From positions 1 through 64,000 of the forward strand of contig CDMY01000375.1 of the NCBI GenBank assembly GCA_001179505.1: a stretch of DNA of 64,000 bases, written 5' to 3'. Of this stretch, positions 62,559 to 64,000 are shown in pieces; the first letter of the stretch is position 1, and each line of letters begins with the position of its first letter. The translations under genes and the position numbers were made by a program. Source of the DNA: Vitrella brassicaformis CCMP3155 (lineage: Eukaryota; Protista; Chromerida). The notes beneath the pieces are model-generated. The model made no database searches and was not told where the DNA came from. It worked only from the letters and a program-made list of their open reading frames with translations.

Positions 62559-64000
62559 CTACATAGCGGCAGGTCCGACGAGGACGACTTGTATCTTGGA
62601 GAGCTCCCTGGGTGGGAAGTCAACCCGCAGCGACAGCACCTGGTAGATCTCATCGGGACTCAACCGCCAACTTCGACCTGACGACGGACCTGATCGATGA
62701 TCATGGAGGCAGGGAGGGACAAAAAGGACCACATTGGTGTGCGTGCGTGCGTGTGTGCGTGTGTGTCGGCTGGCTTATTTGCTCACTCCAGAGGTCTTCG
62801 AATTCGGCGAGCGTCTCCAGGTTGAGCAGGCTGCCCATCTCGCTCAACCGACCAAACTGAGACACAACCACACCCACCCACAGACGCAATCACGTGACAC
62901 ACATATGTGTGGTGCTGTGGCCCTGCGCAACCACCCCCNNNNNNNNNNNNNNNNNNNNNNNNNNNNNNNNNNNNNNNNNNNNNNNNNNNNNNNNNNNNNN
63001 NNNNNNNNNNNNNNNNNNNNNNNNNNNNNNNNNNNNNNNNNNNNNNNNNNNNNNNNNNNNNNNNNNNNNNNNNNNNNNNNNNNNNNNNNNNNNNNNNNNN
63101 NNNNNNNNNNNNNNNNNNNNNNNNNNNNNNNNNNNNNNNNNNNNNNNNNNNNNNNNNNNNNNNNNNNNNNNNNNNNNNNNNNNNNNNNNNNNNNNNNNNN
63201 NNNNNNNNNNNNNNNNNNNNNNNNNNNNNNNNNNNNNNCCCCCCCCACCTTGTGTCTGATGGACTGGTCCGAGATGGCTGTGCAGTATGCCATGAGGCTG
63301 CGTATGTCCTGGTCCAGCTGCAGGGCGCCGAATAGGGAGAACTGCTTGGCCAGCACGAGTGCCTCGAGCCGCTTGCAGATCTGGTCGACGAGCGAGGCCA
63401 TGATGAGTGACACTGTGGGCGGGGTGTACTGCCGCTGGACGTGCTGGTGGATCACATCCAGCTGCTGAAGGAAACCCTTCATGAACGGATCGTTCACCTG
63501 AGGCAAGCCAGGCATGGGAAAGAAAGAGGCACTCGCTGACATCCACGTGACATGTGTCCAACTCGGCTTTGTTAGTCACTTGGAAGTCGGCGTATTCGGT
63601 TTGGCTGATGTTGAAGTCCAGCGAGTCGAGCGGCAGCAGCATGGGAGACAGATGCACCTAACCAACAGGCAAGGCACATACATGTGGGGGCGGATGCGCA
63701 TCAGAGGAGGTCTGCTGGTGTGTGCGTCAGTCAGCCCAGCTGGCCACCTTGAGCATGTTGAGTGTCACTGTGGCTGCCTTCTGATGCAGACTCTCCAGGT
63801 CAGCCTTGACGCTCTCCAAACCCTTCACACACATAGTGGCCACAGAATGGAAGACACAGGGGCACCAGGTCGGTCGTCTGCATCTCTCGTGTTATGGTGC
63901 CGGACCTGCAGGCAGTGGTGGAACATGACTTTTCCGCTGTTGGATGAGCTGTCGGCACGCCGCTTCCCAGGTGACCCCACACCACCACCAGCACCAGCAC
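62559..64000 (-). CDS. COG4: Conserved oligomeric Golgi complex subunit 4, C-terminal part (5' end outside window)
   Basis: EYADFQ|VNDPFMKGFL...KRLEALVLAKQFSLFGALQLDQDIRSL...IRHK|FGRLSEMGSLLNLE...|SWRLSPDEIYQVLSLRVDF matches the COG4 C-terminus. Confidence 0.9.
62939..63238. other. Assembly gap (300 N) within a COG4 intron
   Basis: Run of N between the IRHK and FGRL exons. Confidence 0.99.

Noticed and set aside
1-64000. Alternative genetic code or stop-codon reassignment
   Set aside because: Conserved genes translate cleanly with the standard code once introns are removed; the single in-frame TAG lies in a degenerate gene.

Overview
Intron-rich, GC-rich eukaryotic genomic DNA. The GT-AG introns are short and full of CA/TG, GACA/TGTC and CATC/GATG microsatellites. 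Gene content (RAP/HPR-like proteins, a bipartite plastid presequence, MtlD, expanded F-box-like families) points to a chromerid alveolate such as Vitrella brassicaformis; this is inferred, not database-checked. I spliced gene models by hand from the sequence, so coordinates are gene spans including introns. Recognisable genes: TBC Rab-GAP, plastid-targeted RAP-domain protein, cyclin Y-like, mannitol-1-phosphate dehydrogenase-like, SPX-RING E3, 3xRRM-SPOC (FPA/RBM15-like), a HAD hydrolase, a NOT3-N/UBA/2xSH3 fusion, Zwilch-like, MRNIP-like, a Whirly-like mitochondrial protein and COG4 (partial). There are also lineage-specific F-box-like, ankyrin and methyltransferase-like genes or pseudogenes, and two 300-N gaps. 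Most interesting: (1) the NOT3-N-UBA-SH3-SH3 protein lacking a NOT-box; (2) complementary (CA)n...(TG)n repeats at intron ends; (3) the Whirly-like protein; (4) Zwilch; (5) an inverted mosaic of exon fragments at 60.3-60.8 kb that matches three sites at 36-40 kb; (6) most genes sit in tight head-to-head pairs. No rRNA, tRNA, CRISPR or intact transposon was recognised.
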